Origin: Eledone cirrhosa
Lineage: Eukaryota
Direction of reading: 5' to 3'
Length of the DNA: 64,000 bases
Assembly: GCA_964016885.1 (NCBI GenBank)
Contig: OZ024744.1
Location: 93,868,001-93,932,000, forward strand
Shown: positions 13,101 through 28,910 of the stretch, piece after piece
Layout: each line of letters starts with the position of its first letter
How positions within the stretch are numbered: the first letter of the stretch is position 1
The notes under the pieces: model-generated
The model's database searches: none
What the model saw: only the letters and a program-made list of their open reading frames with translations
Told to the model about the DNA's origin: nothing
Made by a program: the position numbers and the translations under genes

Positions 13101-14070
13101 TCACCATCCCATTCTGAAGACAGATGTGGTCCAGGACTGTTTTTACATTCTCGGACCTGATCTGGAGAAGTATCTCCAGGGCAACCCCAAACCAGTCCTC
13201 CCAAGCAGTCCTTGTGACCTCTATTGGGACAGTATCCATCCCCTTTACAATCACACATCCCAGGAGCCATCACATGTCAAGTCCTGGTGGGATCCTGGAA
13301 ATGCGGAGACGAGCTGTTCTTTTTCCCATGTGGGAGGGGTACATTACGACCCTGCTGGTTTTGCAAGGGGTCATTGCATGATTTATAGCTACGGCTTCTG
13401 ACTTTAACAGCAACGAAATGGTGCCATATTGTCTTCCCCTCACTATACATTCAATTTCATCCCTGATGCACCTCAACACAATTTCAACATCTGCCTGTGC
13501 AATTAAAGCCGCCCTCTTTGTTTCCGATGAGATGCATCTGAAATGCACTAGTCTACGCTACACTGCTTCAATAGCTTCTTCCGAGACAGTTAAGTTGGCC
13601 CAGGTTTGCTCTTGCATGATGAGCTTCCAGGCCTGGGCCAACTTTTCATTTTTATTTGTGAGGTCCATGCTGAAGCATGGCCTCTTTTAGGCTGTTGCCA
13701 CAATGAAAGTGTTCTTGTTGTTGTTCTTGTTGCTGTTGTTGTTATTACTACTAAAAATGACAACACCAATAACTGGTGTTGTCATTTTTCTTCACATTTG
13801 TATTGTCACTGTTGCTGCTGTTGTTGGTGTTGTCATTATTGTTGGTGTAGTTGTTGTTGTTGGTGTTGCTGTTGGCGATACTGCCTAATGTGGTGTCTTT
13901 GTTCATATTTGTTGTGGGAGGGGCAGTGGTATTGGCCTCAACGTTTAACCACTGTCAGACAAAGTTGGGTGGTATGGCTCTGCCATGTTTTTTTGTTAGA
14001 AAAAAAATTATATTAAAATATTTTAGCTTCTCTTTCACAGGGAAAAGTCCAAGGGCTTATGTCCCTTTCA
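10176..14070 (-). mobile_element. L1-Tx1-like LINE, degraded (ORF1, APE endonuclease, N-terminal RT)
   Basis: KSPGLDGLP...NFMPLTLLNKEFKILIKVLVKRL (10176-10502); VAVYTPN, AGDWN, WTW...SYIDRIF, PGYWKLN (10940-11533); IAVSET (~11690); ORF1-like pieces at 12997-13690. Confidence 0.85.
12490..12826 (-). mobile_element. Composite tRNA-derived SINE with RTE-derived tail, inserted in the Tx1 element
   Basis: Near-identical to 47880-48204(+); box A tggcttagtgg, box B gagttcaattc. Confidence 0.85.
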
Positions 14071-14182
14071 CAACAACAAAAATTTACAATAAATGATTTA
14101 TGACAGGTAAATAAAGAGACTTAAATAAAGAGCAAAACGACATCCAATCACACCAATAACCACTAATAATAATAATAATAAT

Positions 14183-14368
14183 AATTGTTTCTACTTTTGG
14201 CACAAGGCCAGCAAATACCCAGTGCATTACTGGTACTTTATTTTATCGACCCCGTAAGGATGAAAGGCAAAGTTAACCTCGGCGGGATTTGAACTCAGTC
14301 CGTAAAGGGACGTAACTCTTTGCTGCAAAGCATGGCGTCAGACCCTCTACCGATACTGCCAATCCACC
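14183..14368 (-). mobile_element. tRNA-derived SINE with Meta-domain-like core (gcctttcatccttacggggtcgataaaataaagtaccagt)
   Basis: Box A tggcagtatcgg, box B gagttcaaatcc. Copies at ~9384-9490, 20746-20842, 24373-24594, 30148-30340, 32696-32892, 35312-35499, 38080-38250, 39581-39802, 44638-44820, 50045-50121, 50880-51007, 51155-51283, 53685-54265 and 62590-62790. Confidence 0.85.
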
Positions 14369-14751
14369 AACAATTTCTTTATTGGCCACTAGGGACCAGA
14401 ATAATTATAACAATTGTTTCTACATTTGACATAAAGTCAATAATAATAATAATAATAACGATTTCATTTATTAGCCGCAAGGGCCAACATGTATAATATT
14501 AACAGTAATAACAATAATAATAAAATTAAAATTAAATCTAAAAAGAAAAAAAAACCCTAAATAATCCTAAGGAGTAATAATTCCACGTTGGCATGTTTGT
14601 CAACAAAGATCTTGGAATGGAAGTGAAATTCTGATGATTTTCTTCCTTAATCAAATTTTTCTGAGATGTTTTGTTAAGAAAATTTATCTATTTTGAAATT
14701 CACTATCAATTGGAACTAATATCAACTTCCTTTCTTGAAAAAAAAAAATAT

Positions 14752-16926
<2,175 letters not shown>

Positions 16927-17480
16927 TGTTTACAGTATATGCCCATGTCATTAAGTTTAAGAATACGTCAGTGTTTGCATGTAGGCAGTGCGTATCCTTG
17001 ACCACACATAACATTTATTCCTAGCAATATATAGTGCAACCAGTAGAGGTTTTGTGGTCACTAAACATTTCTTCCAACTTCACAGATCTACAAGGTAAGA
17101 ACCCTCTTGGGTTGTTATTGCTTCTTAACTTAGTTAAGATAATGTGTCTTCTTATTTTCCATGTCTAATTTCAAGGGGGGTTTGTTGATCATTATGTTCA
17201 GTTGTTGGCTAAATACAGTGTTACTGTTTGTTTTTTTCATATCTAAACAACTTTCAGTCATCAATAATTTCAACCTATTACAAAGTTTTCACATTTCAAA
17301 GGTGATGTATTTTTATTAATTAATATTCTGTAATGATTTAGTTGTAAATGTTTTAAAACTTGTTGGTTAATTTCAAGAAGACTGTCTTGTCAATGTGGTT
17401 TCATGTAGTTTGTTAATTCAAATGTTTATAGTATCTTTACTATAAAAATTGTAATATTTGAGTAAATACTTTAATATTTA

Positions 17481-18567
17481 ATATGATACAGTCATAGTAC
17501 TGTTTTGTACTTTTCAAGAATGTCTTGTTAATGTGGTTTCATGTGGTACAGGATGTTAAGAGTTAATGTGATACAGTCATAGTACTGTTTTGTACTTTTC
17601 AACAATGTCTTGTTAATGTGGTTTCATGTGGTACAGGATGTTAATAGTTAATATGATACAGTCATAGTACTGTTTTGTACTTTTCAACAATGTCTTGTTA
17701 ATGTGGTTTCATGTGGTACAGGATGTTAATAGTTAATATGATACACTCATAGTACTGTTTTGTACTTTTCAACAATGTCTTGTTAATGTGGTTTCATGTG
17801 GTACAGGATGTTAACAGTTAATGTGATACAGTCATAGTACTGTTTTGTACTTTTCAACAATGTCTTGTTAATGTGGTTTCATGTGGTACAGGATGTTAAC
17901 AGTTAATGTGATACAGTCATAGTACTGTTTTGTACTTTTCAACAATGTCTTGTTAATGTGGTTTCATGTGGTACAGGATGTTAACAGTTAATGTGATACA
18001 GTCATAGTACTGTTTTGTACTTTTCAACAATGTCTTGTTAATGTGGTTTCATGTGGTACAGGATGTTAACAGTTAATGTGATACAGTCATAGTACTGTTT
18101 TGTACTTTTCAACAATGTCTTGTTAATGTGGTTTCATGTGGTACAGGATGTTAACAGTTAATGTGATACAGTCATAGTACTGTTTTGTACTTTTCAACAA
18201 TGTCTTGTTAATGTGGTTTCACGTGGTACAGGATGTTAACAGTTAATGTGATACAGTCATAGTACTGTTTTGTACTTTTCAACAATGTCTTGTTAATGTG
18301 GTTTCATGTGGTACAGGATGTTAACAGTTAATGTGATACAGTCATAGTACTGTTTTGTACTTTTCAACAATGTCTTGTTAATGTGGTTTCATGCGGTACA
18401 GGATGTTAAGAGTTAATGTGATACAGTCATAATACTCTTTTGTACTTTTCAACAATGTCTTGTTAATGTGGTTTCATGTGGTACAGGATGTTAACAGTCA
18501 ATGTGATACAGTCATAGTACTGTTTTGTACTTTTCAACAATGTCTTGTTAATGTGGTTTCATGTGGT
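17481..18567. repeat. 85-bp tandem minisatellite, ~13 near-identical copies
   Basis: Unit atgtgatacagtcatagtactgttttgtacttttcaacaatgtcttgttaatgtggtttcatgtggtacaggatgttaacagtta. A partial monomer lies at ~63145-63207. Confidence 0.95.
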
Positions 18568-19079
18568 TTGTTAATTAAAACGTTTTTAGTATCTTTACTA
18601 GTAGACAGATCATTAAAAAAACTTGCAGTATTAGAGTAAATACTTTAATATTCTGTGTTATGATGTTGTTTTGAAGGGTGGAGCCCTTTTGGAGCCCTAA
18701 GTACTTATTTGAATAAAATGGTACTTCCTCTTCCCTTAGTGCTCTAAACATGTTTATTTTGCTTACTGGTTGTTGTGGGGGGGAAAAACCTTAAATACCC
18801 CTGCTTAACTAAAAGTGGACTAGGCGAAACTCTATAAATAAGAACTGAAGTGAACCGTCATGGAGGCTGTGTGTATGGAGTCTCATTGTAGTCTCTCATT
18901 GGTAGTTTGGAATTATACCTGGTGAACACCTTAGATTTTACCTTCGTTTCATACAGATATACAAAACAGATGTGTCACACCATTATAACACTGGTTGAAC
19001 CAGCTCTGGCTATTTTGTGTGTTGCAAGAATATCTTGCGAATGTAGTTTCATATGGTAGAGGATGTTAAGTCTTTTGAA

Positions 19080-19260
19080 CACTCAGCACTCGTTCATTGA
19101 GGCTATCACTACCCACAAACCCGCAAACGGCATGAAACACTGCTCATGTAACTGCTATGCCAAGAATGAAAGTCTCCTACAGAACAAATGTTTGGCTAAT
19201 AACATAATATATATAAATGTGAGGTTGATACTCATAACTCCAGGTTCACTTACATATTGA
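19080..19260 (+). mobile_element. Naiad/Penelope linker-GIY fragment
   Basis: CSCNCYAKNESLLQNKCLANNII (frameshift) KCEVDTHNSRFTYI matches the CNC..CPL..C..NIVYKCKV region of the 2616-4034 ORF. Confidence 0.7.
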
Positions 19261-19559
19261 AACCAATCTTTAAAAAACTACAAAGATTGGAAGTTCAATA
19301 TATGATTACAGGTCTGCCAAATATAAACAAAATTTTTGAATATGATAAAAACTGACCTTGCACACTTACACCTCTCTGAAATAATGTCACTGGATCGAGA
19401 CCTTTGGTGCTACGCAGTTATACAGAAACCCACCTTCTCTTACACACAAACTTAAACCTACAGTCAGTGGGCACCTCTTAACCAAATATACACCCCAACC
19501 CACTACCCCTAACTCCATCCTCCCACTTCCACCCACACCACCCTTTCTCTGTAAAGTTA

Positions 19560-19860
19560 TGTTGGTACCACAACATCCAATCCAAACAAATGAGGTTGTG
19601 TAGGTGTCACGACAAAAAACACCCAGACCACGCTGTAAAGTGGTTGTGTAGGTAAAATGGTAAAAAGCTCCCAGTCTACACTGTAAATGCGGTTGGTGTT
19701 GAGAAAGGCATCCAGCCATAGAAAACCTGCCAGATAGTGCTATACGAGCGAGACACAGTCACCCGACCAATCTTGCCTCAAGTGGGACAATCCTGTCTAA
19801 CCCATGCTAGCTTGGAAGATAGACGTTAAACAATGACAATGATGATGATGATGATGATGG
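19560..19860 (+). mobile_element. RTE-tail SINE family (...ggaagggcatccag...aacccatgctagcgtggaa...(gat)n) with an internal 48-bp module
   Basis: Copies at ~9547-9728(-), 22160-22388, 27590-27856, 28300-28866, 31935-32213, 36250-36486, 37650-37851, 37864-38060(-), 41590-41880, 54467-54660(-), 54926-55086, 56024-56181, 56667-57127(-) and 60180-60757. Confidence 0.85.
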
Positions 19861-20436
19861 AAGCTACGAAAAGATTCAACAACAGAAAGTTCTAGATGTT
19901 TTGCAGCTTCTTTTGTTTCCTCTTTCCTTTTTCATTTCCTTATCCACAATCTGCCTCCCATTGGACTTTAATATTTGAAAGGTTATTTTTAATTTATTTT
20001 ATTTTTTTCCCCCTTTTTCAAAATATTTCTTTTTTTATTATTACTTGTCCCACTAGCTCTTTTTGATTACCAACTGTAAGGAGTACTCAATAGTTCCCCT
20101 AGTCTGTCATGGCTTACTAGCTCTATACAGACGTTTAAATTGAATAAATGAATAAATAATACATTGGAGCCACATCTACAGCATATATCTTCTGAATCTT
20201 TACTGTAGAATCCAGCCATTCCAACTATCCAACCATCCAGTTATCTAGTCGTCCACCTAGCCTTAATAGAACTTTGACACAAAATATATCACTTGAAAAT
20301 TTTATAATCTTTTTAAACACCATGCCCACAACCCACACTTCAAGTTCCATAGTTTTGCAAGTATTCTCCAGAATTGAATTTGTGTTTCTGAAGGAACTTT
20401 CTTAATTTCCAAATATTCATTGTTTCATTATGCTAC

Positions 20437-21172
20437 TATGAGGGTCGGCTAAAAATTCATAGGCTAACCAAGATACTCTCATAGAATAACCAAATGAGGT
20501 TTATTTTTCAACATAGTCCCTGGAAAGAAACAATGCAGTTATTAATAAGATGAGTTGAAATTAATGCATTACAAGCAAGATTTCACAGCTCTAACATCAC
20601 TCCTTCATAGTCAAACTATAAACTTTTCAACTGACCTCTGTATATGATAAACGAGGGTTGGCTGACTAGTTCATAGGCTGACCAAGATATTCTCATGGAA
20701 TGACCAAATGAGGTTTATTTTTCAACATAGTCCCTGGAAAGAAATAATTGTTTCTACGTTAGGCACAAGGCCAGCAATTACCCAGGGCATTACTGGTACT
20801 TTATTTTATCGACCCCGTAAGGATGAAAGGCAAAGTTAACCCTGGAAAGAAATAATGAAGTTATTAATAAGAAGAGTTGAGTTGAAACCCCCCAACTCAA
20901 GCGAGTGTTTCAGTCCTTTATAGTTGAACTAACTGGAATGGTTATTTCTTGGGTTGTCCCATAAATAATGTGTTTTTTTATTTTTTTCCATTACATGCTA
21001 TAAAAGTCAGAGGTGGTGAAGATAAACACCTACATAAACTTGCTATAAAGGCAGGTATTAAATTCACTTTGTCCTCATTCTTAGTGTAAGCTTTGAAAAG
21101 TGAAGTTTATCTTAATTTTTAAGAATAAAAGAAATATTTTTAAAAAAAACGTATTATTTATGGGATGTCCCA
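20437..21172. mobile_element. Cluster of Tc1/mariner-type MITEs
   Basis: TA-(C)GAGGGT..GCTGA ends at 20437-20643 and ~20651 (related copy 44835-44990); TIR pair ttggg..gtcccataaataat / attatttatggga..cccaa at ~20949-21172. Confidence 0.65.
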
Positions 21173-21189
21173 ATTAATGTATTTCCCTC

Positions 21190-22130
21190 TGGGGTAACAC
21201 TTTCTCCATTCAATCAGATAGGACAATGAGGCAACTTATGCTTAGGGTTGGGGTTCTGCACACCAGAGAGCATTTTTCCACATTGTCTGAGAATGTATCA
21301 CTGACTGGGGTAGCAAGTGATGGTATAGGTTGCTAATATTTATGCTTACACACACACATTTAACTATACATGAAGATCTAAGATCAAATATGTTCCAGCT
21401 ATTCTTGGGTCCCAATAATATTGACCACACCTAGGTATATATTTACTGCATACAGGTTTATCTTCCACATTACATTAATAACACAGTTTGCTGGCCCAAA
21501 CATTCTAAAACATTTCAGTACCCATGAATGTGGGACCATGTCAAAGGCTTCCTTGAAGTTTATCCAAACCATGCATACATTTTTTAGACGTCTTTTGCAG
21601 TTATTCATGATCACCTTGTCAATAGTAAAATGGTCTTTGATTCTGTGTGAATTTTTCCTACACTCCTTCTGCTTGACATATAGCATCTCATTCTGAAGCA
21701 ATTGGTCATACACTTTTACAGCAAAGATGTCAGTCAACATCTTCCAAAACAAATCCAACCAAGCAATCAGCCTGTAAATTCCAACTAATGGACCTTTCCT
21801 TTTATCTTTCATTATCAAAGTTGTTTTTCCTTCAACCATTCCATCTCTGTTTTGATTCATTAGATAACTTATTCTCAACTTCATTTATCCATCTCACATA
21901 TTTGTTATGCTCTTCTGCAATTCCCCATAGATCTGACCAAAATTGTGTGAATTCTTCGGGATTAGGTGCAACTTCTGCACCATTTTCTCCTGTCGGTGTT
22001 CTAAAAAACATTCTCTGATTTGCAGTGAAAAATCTGTTCTGTCTGTATTGTGACTAACCTGATTAGATTTTGCCTTAATCCTCTGTTTCACTTCTTCCAT
22101 CATTCAAACCTTTCGACTTTATTTTATACC
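21190..22130 (-). mobile_element. Dong/R4-clade LINE RT fragment
   Basis: EGKTTLIMKDK...YRLIA...KNVCMVWINFKEAFDMVPHSWVLKC. Confidence 0.8.
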
Positions 22131-23149
22131 TCATGTACAGTATCCCCCTCCCCCTCCCCAGCCCACACTGGAAAGTGAACGTGTAAAAGACACAGCAAAA
22201 AGCACCCAGCAGTTACTGTAAATGTGATTGGCATTAGGAAGGGTATCCAGCTGTAGAAAACCAGCCAGAAACACCCCTATATGAGCGAGACACAGTTACC
22301 CGACACAACTTGACTCTAAATGGGACAAACCCGTCTAACCCATACTAGCGTGGAAGATGGACTTTAATCAATGATGATGATGATGATGTCCACGCATCAT
22401 TTCTCCCCTACTTTCAATTTTCCTCTATGCCAAACATCCATTTTATCCAGATCTTCCCTGAGCTGAGTTATATCCCCTTCCAATCTTACCTTCCACCAGG
22501 GTTTCTTACATTTCTTCCTTTCAGTTTGCTTATTTCATACTCAGCCAACAGAAACTCTGCAGTGTTAATTAACATCATGAAATTATTAGTCTTAATTTTT
22601 ATTCATGCTATGTGACTTTGGTAAACTGCCATAGAGAGATTTGTTTTGTTCACAGTTAACTGACATATTTTCTTTTTGTTGTTCTCGAATATTGTTTGTT
22701 TCGTATTTTTGACTTTAGCGAAAGAAAGAGGAAAGAGAGAAAGAGAAAGAGAGAGTGGGGTTGAAAAGAAGAGTTGCAATATATTAGTTGCAGCAACTCT
22801 TAGATCTGGCTATCACTGACCTTTCGGAAATATCAGCTGTAAGTACATCAATATACACTCTTGACAGGTGCAATGTGTCCAAACACAAAACAGCCAAACT
22901 CCCATTGTCATCGCCAACATCTCTCTCGCCCTCTCCATCTCTCTGTATAGTGAGAAAATGGGGTCCCATGTGCTGGCTGCCCCACAATCCTGGCAGACAG
23001 AATGGAGAAAGCATTGCACCAGTATTCAGAAATTAAGGACTGAAACACTTGCTTGTAGAGTGTTTCTTCTCTGCAGACCTTCTGCTGTCCAGCTCTCCTG
23101 GTAGTTTTTTACCACTTAATTAATTTATAATTTTCTTGTATTTTTCCAG

Positions 23150-23247
23150 GTCAAATCCATTTTAACTTGATTGCTGTGAAAGGAAAGGAAATAAACCAAA
23201 AATGCGAGCAATATATTTATGGCTAGCATTCTGCTTCATTTCATCAT
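23150..23247 (+). CDS. Orphan secreted/membrane protein, first coding exon (ATG 23202; MRAIYLWLAFCFISS signal peptide)
   Basis: Acceptor ttttccag|23150; aaaATG context; donor CAT|gtaata, phase 1, joins in frame to 28911 (T+TG=Leu) to give MRAIYLWLAFCFISSLQYLARG-DDQE. Confidence 0.7.
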
Positions 23248-24719
23248 GTAATATACTGATTTTTTTCACTTAAGTTGTTTTGTTACTACTATTATTCCTG
23301 GATTGCCAGTATTGGTAGAGTGTCAAACACCATGCTTTGCAGCATAGAGTGATGGCCCTTTATGTTCTGGGGTCAATTTAATCAACTGGTGGTGGTGGTA
23401 GTGGTTGTGGTAGGAAGAGGGGGCACGATGGTGATGATGGTGGTAGTGGTGGTGTTAGGAAGGGGAGGAGGAAGGCAACGATGGTGGTGGTGGTGGTGGT
23501 TGTAGTGGGGTACTGGGTGCATTTTATTGTGGCTTTGTCACTAAAGAGGTTGTCACATTCTCAACATGAGTTAACCCTTTAGCTTTTAAACTGGCCATAT
23601 CCGGCCAGAATTCTCTCACCTCTTTCTGTTCAAACCAGCCATAACTGGTTGCTCATACTTATATTAAGGTATTGTTATCAAAATAAATAATATCAAAATC
23701 TCATAGGTTCAATATTATGTGAGATAAAGCTTTTACCTTGAAAATACAATAGTATATATAGAGTAATGTAAATACTAAAGGGTTAAAGTGTCTTCTCTCC
23801 ATACCATGTTATCACCTGGCAATGTTCTGGAAAGGAAAGCAGGATTGGGCGTAGTGTTAGTTTACAGAGTGTATAGGGTGCATTTTATTGTGACACTGGC
23901 ACTAGAGAGGTTATTACATTCTCAACAAGACTAATAGTTTTAGTAAATGTCACAAAATTCTTCATTAATTAATTGAAATATAGTGTATTTTATTAGGAAT
24001 TCAATGACAAAAGGGTTGAATTATAATCCTCTAACATAATTTTATATAAGAACATGTTATCTTATGTTATCTTAATAATGAAATAATCATTTTAGTAAAT
24101 GTCTCAAAATTCTTCATTAACTAAATAAAATAGAGTATATTTTATTAGAAGTACAGGCATGAAAGGATTAAATTAAAAACTTCCAACATGATTTTATTTG
24201 AGAACTATTCTTATGTCAAGTATGAAATTTGTAGAGATTTGTAGAAAAGAAAACAAATTTCTACAAATTTCATACTTGACGACCCAATATATATTGTTTT
24301 TATTCACAGCTGTATAAATCACATTATAAATTGTTCATAATTCTTTCAGAATAAAAATATAAACACATATAATAATGGTTTCTTATATAGGCACAAGACC
24401 AACAATTTTGGGGGAGGGGAAAGTCGATTTAATCGAACCCAGTACATTACTGGTACTTTATTTTATCAACCCCGTAAGGAAGAAAGGCAAAGTTAAGCTC
24501 GGCGGGATTTGAATTCAGATCATAAAGGGCCATAACTTTATGATGGAAAGCATGGCGTCCGATCCTCTACCGATACTGCCAATCCACTGCCCTTATATAA
24601 TAATAAATACAATTAACTATTGCTAAGAACCTTACAAATACAACGCACCAAAATATTATGTTAATGATGGAAAAATTAATAATTTTAGTAAAAGTCACAA
24701 AATTCTTCATTAATTAAGT

Positions 24720-27360
24720 ACTTACTTGCTTGTACTTGTGTCGACATTCACCCTGGATGGGTTGAGCCGGCTTCTTCCCTTGTCCTGATGGCATCCCGAA
24801 CCATGGCAGCCCACGCACGATGGTCCTGGGCTAGGTCACTGGAGATAGCGAGCCAGTCACGGTTCCATCAGCGCAGGCCGACCACCTGCGGACCTGAGAG
24901 TTCGGAGAGGTCCTCCTTGATCGTCGTTGCCCAGGTCTTCAGCTGCCCGCCAAAGCGCTTGCGCCAGTTAGGGAGTGGAGGTGGGAGGAGAACATCGCGG
25001 ATCAGCTCACCCTCAGGGCGCCGGGCTGCGTGACCAAACCATCTCAAGCGCCGTTGCAGAAGCACTGAAGGAAGGGGTCGAAGATTCAGGCGAAGACGAC
25101 GTCTGGTGGTAGGTACCCGATCAACGTGTCGGCAGCGAAGAATGCGGCGGAGACAGTCATTGTAGAAGACCTCCAGCCCTCATCGATCGACTACCCTCAT
25201 AGGCCATGTTTCACAGCCATAGAGGAGGATAGTGTGAACGACGGCCTGGTAGATTTGCCCTTTGGTTGCCGAGGTGATTTCTCTTCTGTCCCACAGACAC
25301 TGCTGGAGGCGCACAAAAGCGGATCTGGCAGCACCTATGCAACGCTTGACCTCAGCTGCGCCCTGTCCCATTGGAACCATTGTTGAGCCCAGGTAAACGA
25401 AGGACTCCACATCCTCCAGGTCCACGCCCTCAAGAGATATTGGCTGCCAGGCATCAGGCGAGACCAGTGACGTCATGACTTTCGACTTGGTGGCATTGAT
25501 CTGTAGACCAACAGCGGCGGGTGTAATGTGCACCCTTTCGAGAGCACCCTGTACATCTGTCCCATTAGCGCCCATCTGCATGATGTCATCCGTGTAGGCC
25601 AGGTCCGTCACCATGACCCCTCTCCCGACCTCTACGCCCGGGTAATCCCGGAGTGCTGTGTTGAGAGTGTAGTCAATGGCGTTGTTAAAGAGAGTTGGCG
25701 ATAGCACACATCTCTGCCAAACACCGGTCCCAACATCGAACGACTCCGTCTCCCCACCATAGACCCTCACTCGAGCTCGAGTCACCCAGTAGTAGCCTTA
25801 TATGAGAAGAAGCAGCTTCACTGGGATGCCATCCGCCTGCATTATATGCCATAGGGCTTCCCGATCTACCGAGTCGAAGGCAGCTGCAAAGTTGATGAAG
25901 CAGAGGATGGTAGGTTGTTGATGTACCCACCATTGTTCCAGGACACGCCGGAGAATGAAGATTTTATCAATGCACCCCCTCCCCGGGCAGAAGCCGCCCT
26001 GAGAAGGACGGGTACGGATATCACGGATGGCCTGGAACCTCTTCAGCAGAAGAATTGCGAAGGTTTTGGCAGCAATGTCAATTAAACTGATACCCCTGTA
26101 GTTGGTACACAGTTTCCTGTCGCCTTTTTTGAAAAAGGGTAGGAGAGTTGCCTCGCTCCAGTCACCAGGGAACCGCTCCGTCGACCACACAGAGGAGAAG
26201 ACTCGATGGAGCCAAGCTGCGAAGACATCAGGCTCGGCCTTGTAGACCTCAGCCGGAACGCCATCCTCGCCCAGCGCCTTGTTGTTCCGGAGATGTGTCA
26301 GGACACCATGTACCTCCTCGACCGTTGGAGGGGCAATGCTGAACCCGTATTCTTCTCCGGTTGGCGTGGGTGGTGGCGGGTGGTTGAGCAGCTCGGAGAA
26401 ATGGTCCCGCCATGGACTAGCCGGTCATTAAGATTGGTAATGACCAACCTGTTCCGATCACGGATTGTCTCGCTGATACCCGTACTGCTTCGGCTGGCCC
26501 GCTTCACCAGTTGGTAGAGCTTGCGCGAGTCACCACAGGCTGCTGCCCTCTCCATCTGCTCCTCAAATTCGCGCCAGTGTGCATTCAGATCGGCCCGAAT
26601 AGCCCGAGATGTGCGACATCGGAGATCTCGAAGATTGGGTGTACCCTCGAGTCGGGCCCCTTTCGCCCTCTCTGTGAGTTCAAGAGTGCCGCCGGAGATC
26701 CAGTCCCGATTTCGTCTTCGGGTCGACCCGAGATGCTCTCTGGCCTCCTCAACTGTTGCCGCCCTGAGCGCATTCCACTCCTGCTCCGGTTGCTTTTCCA
26801 CTTCATTACTCAGCATTTGGAATTGGTTTCGCAGCTCTAGCCAAAAAGCATTTCCAGCATCGAACTTGAGTCACAAGATATCGATCCTTTTCTGGCGGTT
26901 GGGAGGAGGTTTCGCAGCAGCTGCAGACGAAGGGTTGTTCGAACAAGAATATGGTCTGATCCATGCTCACTGCCCGTATCAGCCCCCCCCCCTCCCCCGA
27001 TACACACGCGAGTCCATCACTGAACTGGCCCACTGAGATCTGACCACGATGTAGTCAATCTGATTGGCCGTTCTTCCGTCATTGGATCGCCATGTGACAA
27101 GGTGACGCCGAGGATGTTGGAACTGGGTGTTGGTGACGATAAGATGATTGGCTCTGCGAAGGACACGAGCCATTCACCATTGTCACAGCGTATGCCTAGG
27201 GTGAAGCGTCCTAGAATATGCCGTGTTGTATCAACAGCCGGCCCCGTCCACACATTCCAGTCCCCAGCGACAATGACAACATCACTGGAGGGGACGCCAT
27301 CCACGGTTGTTTGGAGATTGGCATAGAACTGCGTCTTGTCCGCCTCGTCCGCATTAATCA
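24720..27360 (-). mobile_element. RTE-clade LINE (SR2-like), near-complete ORF2 with frameshifts
   Basis: APE: AGDWN, NQIDYIVV. RT: NYRGISLID, FINFAAAFDSVDR, GVWQRCVLSPTLFN, AYTDD, FVYLGS, LLYGCETW, RLRWFGH, WRKRFGGQLKTW. (CAAGTA)-like tail at ~24720. Confidence 0.92.
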
Positions 27361-27560
27361 AGTGAAGGATGACAGCTGCATAAAAAGGTGCAGAACACTA
27401 GATGTCGATGGAAGCCTTGGAGTGGGGAGACCCAAGAAGACCTGGGATGAGGTAATAAAAGCTACCTTGCCCAATTGCACCTCTCAAAGGTGATGACACA
27501 GGACCGTGACCTCTGGTGACACGCAGTAATTCAGAAGACCTGACTTCCCACGGCTACAAG
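27360..27560 (+). mobile_element. RTE 3' fragment abutting the - strand RTE
   Basis: KDDSCIKRC...GVGRPKKTWDEVI. A similar piece is at 54720-54870(-). Confidence 0.75.
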
Positions 27561-28299
27561 CCGAAGCTGAAGGATATAGACAATATGCCCCACCCCCTCC
27601 CACTGCAAAGAGGCCATGTGGGTATCACGACAAAAAAGCACCCAGTACACACTGTAAAGTGGATGTGTAGGTGCCACGGTAAAAAGCACCCAGCACTCAC
27701 TGTAAATGAGGTTGGTGTTAGGAAGGGCATCCAGCTGTAGAAATCAAGCCAGAATCAGTTCTCATACGAGCAATACATGGTCACCCACAACAGGACAACC
27801 CATCTAACCCATGCTAGCGTGGAAGACTGGAGATAAAACAGTGGTGATGATGATGTATTTCATTAGGAATACAATGACAAAAGGGTTAAATTTAAATATT
27901 CTAATATAATTTTATTTGAGAACCATATGTTAAGTTATTGTTTTAGTAATGAAATATTAAATATTTTAGTAAATTCTTCAAAATTCTTCAAAAATAATTG
28001 AAATAGAACACATTTCATTTGAAATACAGTCCTAAAAGGGTTAAATTAAAATCTTCCAACATAATTTTAAGTTATGCTAGTGATGGAATAATTAATAATT
28101 TTAGTAAATTTCTCAAAATTCTTCATTAATTAATTGAAATAGAATGTTTTTCATTAGAAATACAATCATGAAAGAATTACATAAATAGGAACTGGCTACT
28201 CTAGTGTATTTCTGTTTCATTTACCAAAAACGAACTTATTTTACTGGCCATTATCCCAAGATCTGCTGCATATATTGCTGATAGCATGAAATAATTATC

Positions 28300-28740
28300 C
28301 ACAGTAAAGTTGTTGTGTAGGTGTCACAACAAAAAACACCCAGTCCACTCTCTAAAGTGGTCATGTCGGTGTTACAACAAAAAGTGCCCAGTCCACACTG
28401 TAAAGTGGTCATGTAGGTGTCACAACAAAAAGCACCCAGTCCACTGTGTAAAGTGGTCATGTAAGTGTCACAACAAAGACCGCCCAATCCACTCTGTAAA
28501 GTGGTTGTGTAGGAGTTATGACAAAAAATACCCAGTCCACACTGTAAAGTGGTTGTGTAGGTGTCATGACAAAAAGCACCCAGTCCACTCTGTAAAGTGG
28601 TCATGTAAGTGTCATGATAAAAGCACCCGGCCCACACTGTAAAGTGGTCATGTAGGTGTCATGACAAAAAACACCCAGCCCACTCTGTAAAGTGGTTATG
28701 TAGGTGTCATGACAAAAAGCACCCAGTCCACACTCTAAAT
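28300..28740. repeat. 48-bp minisatellite (~9 copies) amplified inside a SINE
   Basis: Unit cacccagtccacactgtaaagtggttgtgtaggtgtcatgacaaaaag runs directly into the SINE 3' part. Confidence 0.9.
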
Positions 28741-28910
28741 GTGATTGGCGTTATGAAGGGCATCAAGCTATAAAAAACCATCCAGAAACACTTCAAATTC
28801 CCTCTAATGGGACAACCCATCTAACCCATGCTAGCATGGAAAATGAACATTAAACAATGATGATGATATGTTCTTTATTTATCTTTGAAATGTTATTATT
28901 ATATTTTCAG

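Noticed and set aside
17481-18567. CRISPR-like array
   Set aside because: Contiguous identical 85-bp units with no unique spacers; eukaryotic context; no cas genes.
22784-23112. Minus-strand exon-like pieces ending ...SKSCCN* (Rab-like CC prenylation tail)
   Set aside because: No GTPase exons found upstream on -, and the model needs a poor acceptor and a GC donor. The same DNA is better read as 5' UTR exons of the + strand gene (gtaagt at 22839).
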